DNA from: Glaucostegus cemiculus
Lineage: Eukaryota
Direction of reading: 5' to 3'
Length of the DNA stretch: 64,000 nt
NCBI GenBank assembly: GCA_976551045.1
Contig: CDPCPM010000026.1
Span: 14,322,001-14,386,000, forward strand
Below, one piece after another: positions 50,306-62,959 of this stretch. Positions within the stretch are counted from its first letter, which is position 1. Every line of letters starts with the position of its first letter. A program made the translations under genes and the position numbers. The notes below the pieces were generated by a model. The model was not told where the DNA came from. It searched no databases and saw nothing but the letters and a program-made list of their open reading frames with translations.

Positions 50306-51800
50306 AAGGGTCTGAAGTATTTTTTTGAAGTAACAAATATAGATAAATGAAGAACAAACCAAAAACTAACTTTTATTTGCCATGTTGTGAGTGTGGCAAA
50401 ACGAAGGGGCAACTTTTAAAAAGGCTTGAAATATTTGTTATATACTGTATATATAGCACTGGTGACTGCCCCTTTCATCTTTCACCCTTGTATAATTTTT
50501 CTCAGTCATTGGTTTCAGCAGATATTTTTTGAAAAGTGGTTGAATCCAATTCTGAGAATTATCTATGCAAGACCATAATATTATCAATATAAAATAACTA
50601 TATGTGACAAATAAACTGTAACTATTTCAATTCTGAATATCAAAATACCATTTTAAGTCTACCAAAATGTAATTAAGGATACTATTTTATTTTGAAACAG
50701 ATATTTTGAAATTCATCTCCAGATGACAGCATTAAACATACATAGTTGCACTGGTCCTAAAAAGAGTTGCTATTGGAGGCACGGAATGAATTGCAGAGTA
50801 CAGTACAATGCTCTGATGCAACTACAGAGAATGTTTAATGCGAGTGACTGGGGATGAATTTCTAGGCATAAAGATTTCATTTGAAGCAATTAAAGAAGAA
50901 CATATTTAACATAACAAATATTCATTATAGATATAAATAACAGGGATTGGTGGCTACTCCCATGACTAATTTTGGATTGCTGTAAATTGATCTAATGCTT
51001 ATTACTTTAGACATGGCTGAATTGGTGCTATGAATATTCAAAAGCATTTTACTTGTTTATTTGATATTAAATGTATTGCCAATGTGCAGAAAAACAACAT
51101 GTCCTTTTACATGCATTGTCAATTTCTGTTGTGTCTATAAGTTTAAATTTGATGGCTGTCAGCCCCAAGAGTGACTGCCGCAAAAGATTATTAACTGCGT
51201 TGACACTTCCATGAATCGCAGTGGTTTCTTTCAACTTATTCGACAGAGGGTGTGGCTTGGGAGAACTTTCATTGCTGGTCACCCATTGCACACCAGACAG
51301 GAAACTGACAGCACAGTAGTGACCTTGTACAATCATCTGCCAACCATCTGAATCAACTTTCAGGCAGGATTATTCAAGGATTCAATCTCATACACTTTGA
51401 GAGACTACATAAATTATTGGACCTTAACTGAAACAATGAAGGAACAATGGGCAACTCATTCATGTTCATGCCAGTTCAGCTTGTTTCCATTGTTTTGGGG
51501 ACCACCAATCAATTTTCTCATGTAGGAAAGGGGAGGATTGCATTGGATCATTCATTTGTGCCCATTGTTTGCTCAGAAAATGGCAGTGAAGCCTAAAACT
51601 GGAAATTCTTCCTAAATGTCGCATTGGGCAAGTGCCATGTGCTCTTTGCCAATAATACACCTAACTATCACCTTCACTGCAATTTATGCCTGTTTATTCT
51701 TAAAAGTATGAATAATTAGTGAACACATCCTATGCGATTCCTGGATGTCTGGTGTGAGCTCAGGAATGGATGTGCCATCTTAAAGAAAAAAAATTAATCT

Positions 51801-51933
51801 TAAAGCCCTGAATTCTTCAACCTTCCAAACACAAAATTGAAAACAATATTAGCCATAGTAGGTATCTGGCAGGGAATATGACAAAAATGTAAAGCATGTT
51901 TTTGTTGCATTTCTGAAGAATAATTTACCAAAT
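51801..51933 (-). repeat. Right arm of inverted duplication (partner 49919-50061)
   Basis: 'taaagccctgaattcttcaaccttccaaacacaaaattgaaaacaatattagccatagtaggtatctggca...ttctgaagaataatttaccaaat'. Confidence 0.95.
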
Positions 51934-54900
51934 CTACATTTTTGGAACTTTTTGAACTGGGAAGCCAAATATTAAAATCTGTTTTATCAGTGATCAAATC
52001 TCTCCTAAGGTTTTACTTTCCCTATTATGAATTGCATTTAAAAAGCTTGTGGCCTGATCCAGATGGAATGATCTGATATTTCTGGAGTTGTGATTATTCG
52101 CTGTATGTGTTCAAGTCAGAGCAACCTTGCTGGTATACATTCAACTGCAATTAAAAGACTTATAAATAATAAAGTGATATTATTATCACAGTTTTAATAA
52201 GGTTTATTTTGGTAGCTAGATAAAAACACTTTTTGCTGTGGTCCGGTAGATTCTCAGGAAAAATATTGTTTCTGTATTTAATGCTCTAAAATTGTATTTG
52301 AGCAAATACATTTTAAGATATCATTCACATTGCAGAAAATTTCATCAAACTATTGTGTTATGTAAAAGAGAGAAATACAATTGAATGTAAGTAAAAGGAA
52401 ATGGTATTTTATTTTCAATTCACTTGACAGAAATATACATATAAAATATTCATTTAAGTGCTTCACAGAACCCTAATTATGTTCTTTGTGTGGTGCTCAT
52501 TGTTTTCTAACGGGAAATCAATCATCAGTGCTAATATGTTGCAGACATTTTCTTTTTGTTTGCAGGAAATGTGAATTGAAATCGAGATGTTGTCCTTCTG
52601 TTTGCTGGTGAAATTTCACTCCCAGTAACATTTGAACAACAAATGAGATCTGAAGACTATTATCCAGAAGTAGCAGAGCTTCATCAAACCACAAAACAAA
52701 AAGAAACCTATTTTTATATCATGGAAGAATGTTTTAAATGTATTTCCAGAAAGGCGTGAAATCCCAAGCACAATTCAAATTAATTATATCAATAAGGTTG
52801 CCTGGCTTAGTATGTTTTGGCCTATATTGAACTGACCAATATCTCTTCCATATCTTGAATTGTAAGCACCTATTTCACATTCCAGAAGACTTGAAGTATA
52901 TGAAATTTTCATGCTTGGTAGCAAAAAAGAAGAATCTGGAAAAAAAAAATGACTTCCGAAGTGGGCAGCTCTTGAATTAGTAGCCTTGTAGGAAAACTTC
53001 CAAGAACAATTTCAGGTTACTATAAAGAAGTAGGTCATCATTATTGGATGGGAAAAGGATCAAGATGCTATGCAAAGGCACACCCTTTATGTGAGGCATT
53101 ATTCTGATTATTTTTTAGTAATTGGAAACCTTGTCTCTCTTGTGGGTCTGTAATTGAACTTCACAAGCAATTCTTTATTCAACCTGATCAACATTTAGAT
53201 ACTCCAGTGGCCTGTTACTTATCACTCGAATAGGGGTAGCAGAACCATTCAGGAAGCTAACTTAAATGTCAATTATTTGAATGCACTCGTTTGGTCCCAT
53301 AACCAATATTATTTAAACTTCTTAAAAAACATTTATTATAACACAAGAAATGCATTACTTGTTACCTTTACTGCACAAATAAGTTTATGCAATAGCTAAT
53401 ACAGGAGAAAAATTAATTTAAGTAGAGAAGCTGTGAGTGTGTGCAAAGTGTAAGAAAAGCTGTTTACCAGTTAAAGAATGAAACTTATGGTTCAAAGATG
53501 TGCTCTTAGAGCTTCACTCAAAAATGGCTCATCTCCAAGGAATTTGCAATTCCATTGTGATCAGACTGAAGACAAGCAGATAGCTTTAGACCGAATCAAA
53601 CCAATTTGTTTTATCCAAGAAAATGCTGTGATGACTTGTTAATCCACTGTTCATTGATAGCTCAGTAGAATCTTGCTTCTGAATCCAACAGCTTTTACCA
53701 TAAATAATCAGATTTTTGAATCGCCAACCTGCGCAACAACCTTATATTACAATAATACCTGTATTTATTTATTAGCTTATTACACCACTTTGCCTTGATG
53801 TGTTTCACATTATGCAACATCTTTGTTGGAGTGACTATTATTATACAAGCAAAATCTTCCATGGTTACTTTAAGCATATCATGTTAAATCCCATTTAAGT
53901 ATAAATATTTACTTATTACATTGCTGATAGGACAACAAGGAGAGGGAAAAATGAAACAATAATGAAAAAGCTGTATTATTTTTCAAATTATTTGGCAAAT
54001 AAGGAGATAATCCAAATGGAATTAAGCAATTATCAAATAACAAGTGAAAAGACGATGCCTGATATCAAAGTGTCCAAAAGCTGCAAAGCTGATTATAAGC
54101 TGATGCACTAATGGAAATAAATGTATAATGCGTAGTCCTGTTGCAGGTCTCTGTGGAGAGAAACAGATCATCTAGCCTTAAAAATTCAAACAATCTCTAA
54201 TGCCAGTCTGCGCTAGTTATTTCTATTCCTTCCTACATTTGTGCACTGCCTGGCAATCTCAGTGTAACCTCATGGGACCTTGCTCCACGATGGCCTTTTC
54301 TGAACATTCTGAAACATTTCCATACCTAATGCTCTTCAACATGTAGTTTCCTGTGTGACGAGGAGCACACTAAGAGCAGCTGCCAGTATGGCAATCACTT
54401 TGTGCCTGTACTGTCACACATCAGCTGCAATTTTACCTGGGCCCTATGCGCTCCCGACCTTCAGCAGCAATTTTGCACATGCACAAGGCCACTCACCCCC
54501 TTTTCCATGAATCGTGCTTAAGATTTTTACCAGTTTTTATGAGTGGATAAAACCACTCAGGAGACTATGACACTCACAGTAGTGGTTCAATGACTGAACA
54601 AAATGACCTGGTTGCATAAAAATGATGGTAATTATTTGCCACAGATGTGCTGTATTGGAGATGGAGTGAACAGAAAATGTACTTTTATTCTAAATGTAAC
54701 TTTTTGAGAGCTTTTGAAGCAGTTTTAGATTTTTACTCATGTTTATTCAATATGAACTGTTGGTACTGATAAACGTTAATGATTCATCTCTCCTTTCTGT
54801 TGCACTATTTTTACATTAAATATAATTTGCAAAATATATATTAAGCAGTAGAAATTGTTTAGATAGAAAATACAGGGGTTTTCAGGTGAAATAGATGCTT

Positions 54901-57900
54901 TACAACTTTGAAGTGGATTTTAATATATCTGCTAAGTTGTGCAGAGTGCACTCAAAGTCTTCATATCAATTTAAAAATGTTCACTAAAAAAAGCTGTTTG
55001 GTTTCTCGTAACTACGTTTCTTTGACAGCATTAATCAGTCAAGTTTCCTTCTTTCATTTTATAACCCACAATGGTTTATTGAAACAGAAAATAACAAGTG
55101 AAAAGGCTACGCTTAGTATCAAAATGTCAGGTTTGTACTTACAGTTGTATGTACGTCGACAGGGTCAAGAGCCTCAATTATTTGTATATGTACACAGCAG
55201 TATTACATGAAAGGTTATGTCACCTCCAGCTATTTGCCAGCAGATTTAAGCAGGACAGATATTCAACTGCACAGTCAGCCACTGACATGGAACTTAGACT
55301 TCTTTCAAACACGAACTAGGATGTCAAGGTCTGAAATGAGAATTATATGATTGAAAGGTGTGGCTTAGGGCTATGTCTATACATTTCAGTAAAGGTCTGT
55401 CTTAAATTATTTTCAGGAGTTGACCCCCATTAATAAAGTTGTCGGATAGAATCGTCCAAAGGAATCTCAATGCCATTGTTCTCTAATTACAGATGTATGC
55501 AGCAAGAGAAATACTGTTTTATTTTGACCAAACAATACACTGTACACTTGTCTAAAAACCTTTTCTTGATGTTTCTTTTTTTAACTAACTGAAGGGATCT
55601 AGAATTACAATAAATTTTAATAAATTAGAGATCTATTTCTGCACATTATTTGAAAAACATACAAGTACTTTCTCCGTTGTGTACTTTGTGTCAGTTGCAC
55701 TGACTGAATCATTGAGATATGTAGATAACTGTGTTTTCATCATTATAAAATTAAGCAAGTTTACATGTAACGTTTCAACTGTATTTTAATTGATTAATGA
55801 AACACCAGACTGCATGAAAAGGGAACAGAGTGAGGGACAGTGAAAGCATTACACCATGGCCATGACTGCCAGCACTGCAGAGCTCAATGAAGCAGTGGGC
55901 TTACAAGAACATGCCAGGATGCTGTGATATAATTTCCCCTGACTGTGCCCTCTGCAGTGAAGGCATTGGTATTTGAGAAAAAATAATTTACATGACTACT
56001 AGACTACTGGAAAAGTGCAGGGAATAGAACTGAAAAGGTTGCTCAGCTAGTAGCCAGCATTGACTTGATGGGCTGAATGGCCACAACAATTCTATCATTC
56101 AGCGATTCATTAATGTAAGAAAATCCAAATTTGAATGTTTTTCAAATAAAATTTGATAGGAAGTACACAGAAGGTTAATCAGTATTTGAAAGAGAAAGAT
56201 CTCCATCTGAACACAAAATGAACTGCAATGAAGCTTGCAGCTAAAATATTCTCTCAACCTATTATGCAAATTGATCACTTTCTTTCCTGGGTTTTTGAAG
56301 CATTCACATTTTTTTTACTTCAGTAAGCTTTGACCCACTTCAGTGAATGACTGAAATTCACCAAACTAGCTCCATAGGAAAGACCACAATTAGATGAACT
56401 GGCTGAATTAAATCTTATGGTTGTAGGAAAGCAAGGATATTTCAACTCAATCACATTGATCACCTGGATTGGATACGTTCCAGAGAAAGACAAATATTTC
56501 CATTTATTGATGCCTTTTTCAGCACCATCAATATAAGTCCATGTTGTATAACTGTTCCCAATCCAATGTTCCTAGCAATTATGAGCAAATTTTGTTAATT
56601 TTTAACCTAAGAAAATAATTCTCAAGGGATATCGGAGCTGTAAATGAATTATGGAGCTTGTTCTTGGAGATCAACTTTATCTCTAACTCTCACAAACACA
56701 AAAGGCAAAATTTATGTATTCATGCTAAAACTAGAATGATTTTGACCAAGTCCCAGAAAGACTGACATGTACTAATACAACAGATCCTATTAAGTTAACC
56801 TTGATCAGAAGCTCTTTCTGTCCAACCTGATATAGTCGTATGTAGAAGGGGGTCCACTACAGAATAATGTTATCTTTCTACAGTCCCACAGTACCTTTCC
56901 ACTACTTTACTCCTGGTTTAGTGAGTACTGCTGAAATAAACCAGTGCATAGCAAGCACAACCATGCTTCCAGTCATGATGTAGTGATGGCCTTTTACTAT
57001 GGATCTTAATGGGTTATTTTCCATAAAATAAAATCATAGGCCCCTCACAAAAAAGCATGATCTGCAAAGAACATACTGTGCTTTTGCAACGAACCATTCA
57101 CATGTTTATTGGTTAATTTTTGACAGAATATAAATGATGTACAGCTACTTGGCATTTCAGTTGAAAAATGACTTTCTGCTTCACCTGTCAGGAGCTCAGT
57201 TCTCATCAAACACAGAATAGAAGAAAAATCTTTAAAATCTGAATTTGATGATGACTGTAACCTCATTCACCAATTCTATACACATAGTTTAGTGCTGCAT
57301 AGTTCTGGCATTCATGAAATGCAGAATCTTGCATATCATGACAACAAGTTTTTGTTTAAAGGTACAGAAAAACAGTTAGACATCCAGTCACAGCTTCTTG
57401 TTCACTGAGAGGTTGAGGAAATGTATTAAATAACCATGACTGATTAAGCATATTGAATGAATTCAGATTAAATTACCACAGCTTCTATAAATTACAAATA
57501 ATTCAAATTATTCTCATACTATTAGCAGAGAAATTGGAAGCTGCCGTAACGCTGAAACAATTGCTCAAAATTAGGTTGCAAATTAACTCTTTCACAGTCT
57601 GACTCTATTTGCACAGCTGTGTCAAGTTTGCCTGATCTGCTCCTCCATGTGCAATGAACCTTTTTATTGTATTACCAGGTTTAAAATTTCATGTACACAT
57701 GTCACAACATGGCAGCATTTTTTAACATAAAAATAAAGCATTTCTTGCTGATTTAAATCTGTACAAACAGTTCTCAAAAACAATGTTGTTATCATACAAA
57801 CATGAATTTTCAAATTGTGTAAAGAGATTCTCTCCAACAATTGAACGGATCCACTACTGGCCACATTCAGCATCATTTTTGTGGAATTGTTTCTCAACAT

Positions 57901-59064
57901 CCCAAGAAGACTCCCATGTGTCTGCATGGAGCAGGGTTTTGCTAAATAATTAACAGATGATATACCCCCAACATATACAAGTAAATATAACAAGCATGCA
58001 GGTAAGGACATTGGGCACAGCATGGACTTGCAGGAAGGGCTGAGATCTGTTTCTCATTCAACATAATATGCAGTGTTGACAATTACACTGTAGAATTATG
58101 ATCCTGTCCTACTACAGATTTTTCAGAATAATTCAACCTATTAATTAAATCAAATACCAAGCTGTAAGCATGGCACTGCTCTATGTTTAGATCCGTACTC
58201 TTGAGTCTGTTGCAGCAATGGAAATCATTCATAAAACCGGAGTGTGGAAGATGGCAGCTGAGACTGTATTGTGTCAACATCCAGCTTGAAATGGACTTTC
58301 CTTGGGGTTCTCCTGCCCACCTCCATTCATGTACATGCACATAATCCCAGCAGAAACCTCGCCTTCTTCATTGTGCATGGACACTGCAAATTACATGAAA
58401 CATGATGAAGTACCAGGCACTATTCAAAACTAGAGGAGACAGCTAGGCTTCAATTTCAAGTATAAAAATTCCACGCAGACCTGACTGACCACATACCTGC
58501 AGTTCAGAGGGACAAAAAAGACTCAGATTTGCCTTTCAAATGTAGCCATGTTGTGAAGGTAGATGGCCTCATCCCATGCTTTATCATGTTATGGTTCTCT
58601 TTATAAATTACTCCATTAGTTCCATCTTACTGCAAAAGATCTTCTATAGAAATTATAAAAGAGATCAAGGAATCCCGAGATTTCAATGGAGGAGCAGGTC
58701 CACATTGGTTTTGTAACTGGATCTGGGTGCAGCAATAATCATCTGCGCAAAATGTGTGTTATTGCGATGTCCGCACTGCCCTTATGAACAGGCATTGGAA
58801 AGAAAAAAAAGAAAAGCTCACACTTGTTTGGTTCCTTATACATCTCTTGCAGGAACTCCCAAAACATAGCTCCCAATGAAATGCTTTAGGAATGTAATCT
58901 GTATTGCAATGTAACACTTCACAACTGCAAAATGCCCTGCATGTAATGAAATTCTTTTTTCCTTCTCTATAAGTGATGAACAGAGGACATAACCCAGATA
59001 TAAGTTAAAAGGAGCCTTTGACCTCCTTACTCACTGTGGTATGAAGTAAGAACTCACTAATGCC

Positions 59065-59475
59065 TGGAGAAACAAAAGCTGAAGCTAGAAATCTGAAGTA
59101 AGAACAGAAAATGCTGGAAGTTCTCAATAGGTTAGGTAGCATCTGCAGAGGGAGAAACAAAGATAATGTTTTAGATCAATGAACTTTCTGATGAAAGCAC
59201 AATATTCCCATTTTCTAGAGAACTACATGAAAGGCAACAGAAGAGGAGGTTATACCAAGAGGGTTAACTGAATCAGTAGAATGGGGGGACGCTCATTTAG
59301 AGCATAAACAACAAGTATGAATTCACAGAAAGGACACAATGTAATTGAAGGGTCTCGACCTGAAATACTGACTGTCCATTTCCCTCCATAGATGCTGCCT
59401 GATTCGTTGAGGTCCTCCAGCATTTTGTGTGTTGCTCCAGATTTCCAGCATCTGCAGTCTTTCTTGCGTCTCTGT
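59065..59475. mobile_element. Two oppositely oriented Penelope pLTR fragments (59065-59200 and 59340-59475)
   Basis: 'gaaaatgctggaagttctcaataggttaggtagcatctg' and 'tgaagggtctcgacctgaaatactgactg...gatgctgcctga...ctccagatttccagcatctgcagtct'. Confidence 0.75.
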
Positions 59476-61889
59476 AATTCTATGTAACCATGTATTGCAA
59501 TTCTTATACATTATAACCCCATGTCCTGGGCTTTTGGCGACTGTATTGGTTTCTGAAGCAGTTATTCAGCTTTTACTGGCTTCAAGATTTGCATTCATGG
59601 TCAAAACAGCAACAAAAATCTTTGCATAGCCATGTCCTTTTCAATTTTAAAATCAGTGCTTTTAACTTTGCTTCACTACAAGTACTGCTTTGATACTGGT
59701 TGTTACAATTAGACTTCCTGAGAATGTTTATTGACTTGATCTTGGCAGAGATACATGGGCACACTCTGTTAACTCTCAATCCAAAGAGGTCACACTGGAA
59801 AATTCCTAAGTGGGAGAGGTTTAAGATATAGTTATTTGCTTGAGTGCCCTAACACTGATTTCAATAACGCCATACAGCTGCACCACCTGTTCCTATCACA
59901 GATGCATTTAACTCTCTGTGCTCATTCTTCCTTCCTTGAATATCAATGTTCACCTCCAACCCTTCCATTTTAAATTTATTTTTGGACACCCTTACTTTCT
60001 CTATCACTGCCAGTCTACCTGCTGCTCTTCCAGTATTGGCATAGTCTGAGCCTCAGCAGCAAATGTGCCACCACATCTAAGTGTTTATTTAACAAGTGAA
60101 ATTCTCCAGGCATTTTCTGTTAAAAACAACTATTGGCAGAGATTATTCCATTTTAAGAAAAGATTCTAATTCAGAATTTCAAAAATGAAGTGCTTCTGGC
60201 CAAAGGATGAGAGTGCAACCAGTTTATAGAATCAGGGACAATCATTTGAAATGCAGGAATGTTTGCAATCCACCCAGTTTTAGAATAACCTCGTCAAGAC
60301 CTGTAATCTAGTATGGCACATCTCTCTTGCATCAGTTCTTCACAGTGTAACTATGGGACTCACCACTACCTGGTGGGGAGCTTGCTTCAATAATAAACAG
60401 ATACTCAGTTGTAATAGAGAGCTTCAGACTGATTGGTCAGGAAATGAAGGTATTTGCTAACATGCTAATGATTCCTGTTACAACGAGAACCAGTCATGCT
60501 TAGTTCTCAAACATAGCACTTAAAAAAAATTAACCAAAATGAGAAATGTCTACTGTAACATTATTACGATGAATATTCAATAAACATGATATATTAACGT
60601 GACCATTTCTAAATACTAAAGTCAGGAGAAAGACTGTCTCCATTTAGTAATATGGTATGCTAAGTTTTCAATGACATAAGGCATATTATAACTATGTCAC
60701 ATATCTAATGATCCTGCAACTCAATTTTTGACTTAACCCAAGGGAAAAAAGAAATACCACTATGTTTCGTTGAAGGAAGAAAACTACATTTGCTCTAAAA
60801 TGTCCCTAAAAGCAGAAAGTAAATTGCCAATAAAGACTAGGTAATTATATCAGCACATATCATAAGGCATTTCTCTGAAGAGATCAAGCTGTCTTTATCT
60901 CCCAACTCTGAATGTCACTACCCGAGGTTTGGAAACGTTGGAGACTACAACTCACTCATTTTATGCCTGCAGTGTTACTGTTATACTGAGGGAATTGCCA
61001 CTGGTATAAAAGCTTTCTTTAAGTGCGTTACAGCATCATTTTGTCTACATCTACTACATTCATTTTGTCTGTAAGTACCATTGTAGAATATGAAGGACAC
61101 ACATAAGAGTACTGCAGCTTGACAGGTGTTCACAAGTGGCTGCTTAACTTGAAATATTTTTGTACTCGTACTGAAAATTTTATACCTTATACTTCCTGGG
61201 AAATGGAATATTTGACATTTAAATGGTTTTAACAGTATAAATGTTTTGATGTGATAAAACATTTAAGAACTGGTTAGCAATTGCATAAAATGAATAGGCT
61301 TAGGCTTTTTTCTCTGCTGTTTTACTATTTCAGATTTTAAATTTATAATTCACAACTTACCCAAAGTAATTAAGATTTGAAGATAATTATCATGCTATAT
61401 TTTTGAAGGAGGGCTGCTTTAGTACACAACAATTTTGCTTCTGTTCTAATCTACTGGGGGTAAATTCTCATCTTCCTTACATGGCGATGCAGATGTTAAA
61501 TAATGGGCCATTATTGGGCCCATCCAGATTACGTCTACCAATCTTAGGGAGAACAGTAGTCTCAAAGCCCCACCACCACTCAAAGGGGGGGAAGCAGCAT
61601 GGGAGCATCTTTTAAAGCAAGGTATTGTTCAACTCAGTTCCAATCAGCGCTGGGAGACCTTTGCACTTCAGTGAAGGCTACCTTTTTTCCCAGCTACAGA
61701 GGAGATGGTGTATTAATGCAGCAGGTGTGGGAACAAAGGCAGGTTATATTCACTTCAAGTGGCAGGACATGGCCAAATGACTTCTCCTTTTTAGTCTCTC
61801 AGGACTGAAGAGGGATTGATTCCATCCTAGTTTTATGAAGTGACTAATGAAGGCAATGTGGGAACCATGATTGTTGGCAGATGTGTAGT

Positions 61890-62880
61890 TTGTGAGGTAG
61901 TGCCGTCCTCTTGTCACTGACACTGACTTTCTTTGAGCTCCTGACTCAATACATCCTGAAGACTAATCCCTGGAGTCAGTTGGGATGTTGCATTTCTTCA
62001 AGGAGGTTTTGAGCACATCCTTGAATCTGCCAGCTAACATACTCCCATGACAGAGCTCAGAACAGAGCTTCTGTTTCAGGAGACACAAGAGAGTGCAGAT
62101 GTTGGAATCTGGAGCTGAAAACAATCTTCTGGAGGAACTTGGCAGGTCGAGCAGCATCTGCAGGGGGGAGGAATTGTCGATAGTTCATGTTGATGATTCC
62201 CTTCTCCCCCACAAATACTGCTCAACCCATTAAGTTCCTCTAGCAGTTTGTTTTAAGTTTCTGCCTCAGGAGTCTGATCTCAGGCATGTAAATTATTTGG
62301 CTTCCCAATGTAGTTGACTAAGTGTACCCATGGACTCTGCTGGGAATGTTGGTGTGGGAGAGGACAACGACATTGGCTTGTTTATCCTTCCAGTGAACTT
62401 TGAGAAGTTTGCAGACTCAGCATTGGCGATAACTCTCCAGTACCTCAGCTGCTTGCTGTAGGTAATCCAGTGTTCAGAAACATAGAGGCAGTTAGTGATG
62501 GCTGCTGTTCAGTAGACCATGAGTTCTGTGCCAAGTCTAAGGTCTTGATGTTCAAACAAACTTTTGTTCAATTGACCAAAGGGTGGTTGATGAACTAAAG
62601 GTGCTGGTGAATTTCATTACTGATGCCTGCCTTCATTGAGATCTCCTCAAGACCTGCAGCAAGCTAAGAGGAAAGGTGCAAAGAATTCCAATGCATACAT
62701 CCTCAATTCCAGTTCCCAGGTTCTGTGCCAGAAGTCTTTGATCTCCCTTACCTAGACAGCAGGAGGCCCATCTATTTAGAATAAGAATTGTGAAGAGCAT
62801 GCCTCCACATCCAAGCACTCCAATCACTTCAGTCTCTTTCCTTCCCTTGTAACAAGTGCTGTTCTACTAATCACAAGAGT
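61890..62880 (-). mobile_element. RTE-clade LINE 3' fragment interrupted by a Penelope-derived insertion
   Basis: Minus strand MPEIRL[L]KQKLCSELCHG...GRFKDVLKTSLKKCNIPTDS (cf. RMPD.RLPKQ.LYSEL..G.R..GGQRKRFKD.LK.SLK.C.I). Upstream is a FEHQDLRLGTELMVY-like stretch. Confidence 0.8.
62083..62258. mobile_element. Short inverted-arm Penelope pLTR element with ~14-bp TSD
   Basis: Flanked by ttctgtttcaggag (62069-62082) and ttctgcctcaggag (62259-62272). Arms 'ctggaggaacttggcaggtcgagcagcatctg' and 'caaatactgctcaacccattaagttcctctag'. Confidence 0.75.
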
Positions 62881-62959
62881 ACGTGGTACCAAGTCTCCTC
62901 ATGCACAATGGTGCCACAGCATTTAAGTTAATAGACAAGTCACTATGGGAGCCTAGATG

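Noticed and set aside
52566-52700. Strong splice acceptor 'ttttctttttgtttgcag|G'
   Set aside because: All three frames stop within about 46 nt, with no convincing donor or recognisable peptide. A non-coding exon cannot be excluded.
57990-58560. Additional Harbinger transposase remnant (minus strand; SSWMLTQY, LNIEQ)
   Set aside because: Similarity is too weak to list as a feature without an HMM search.
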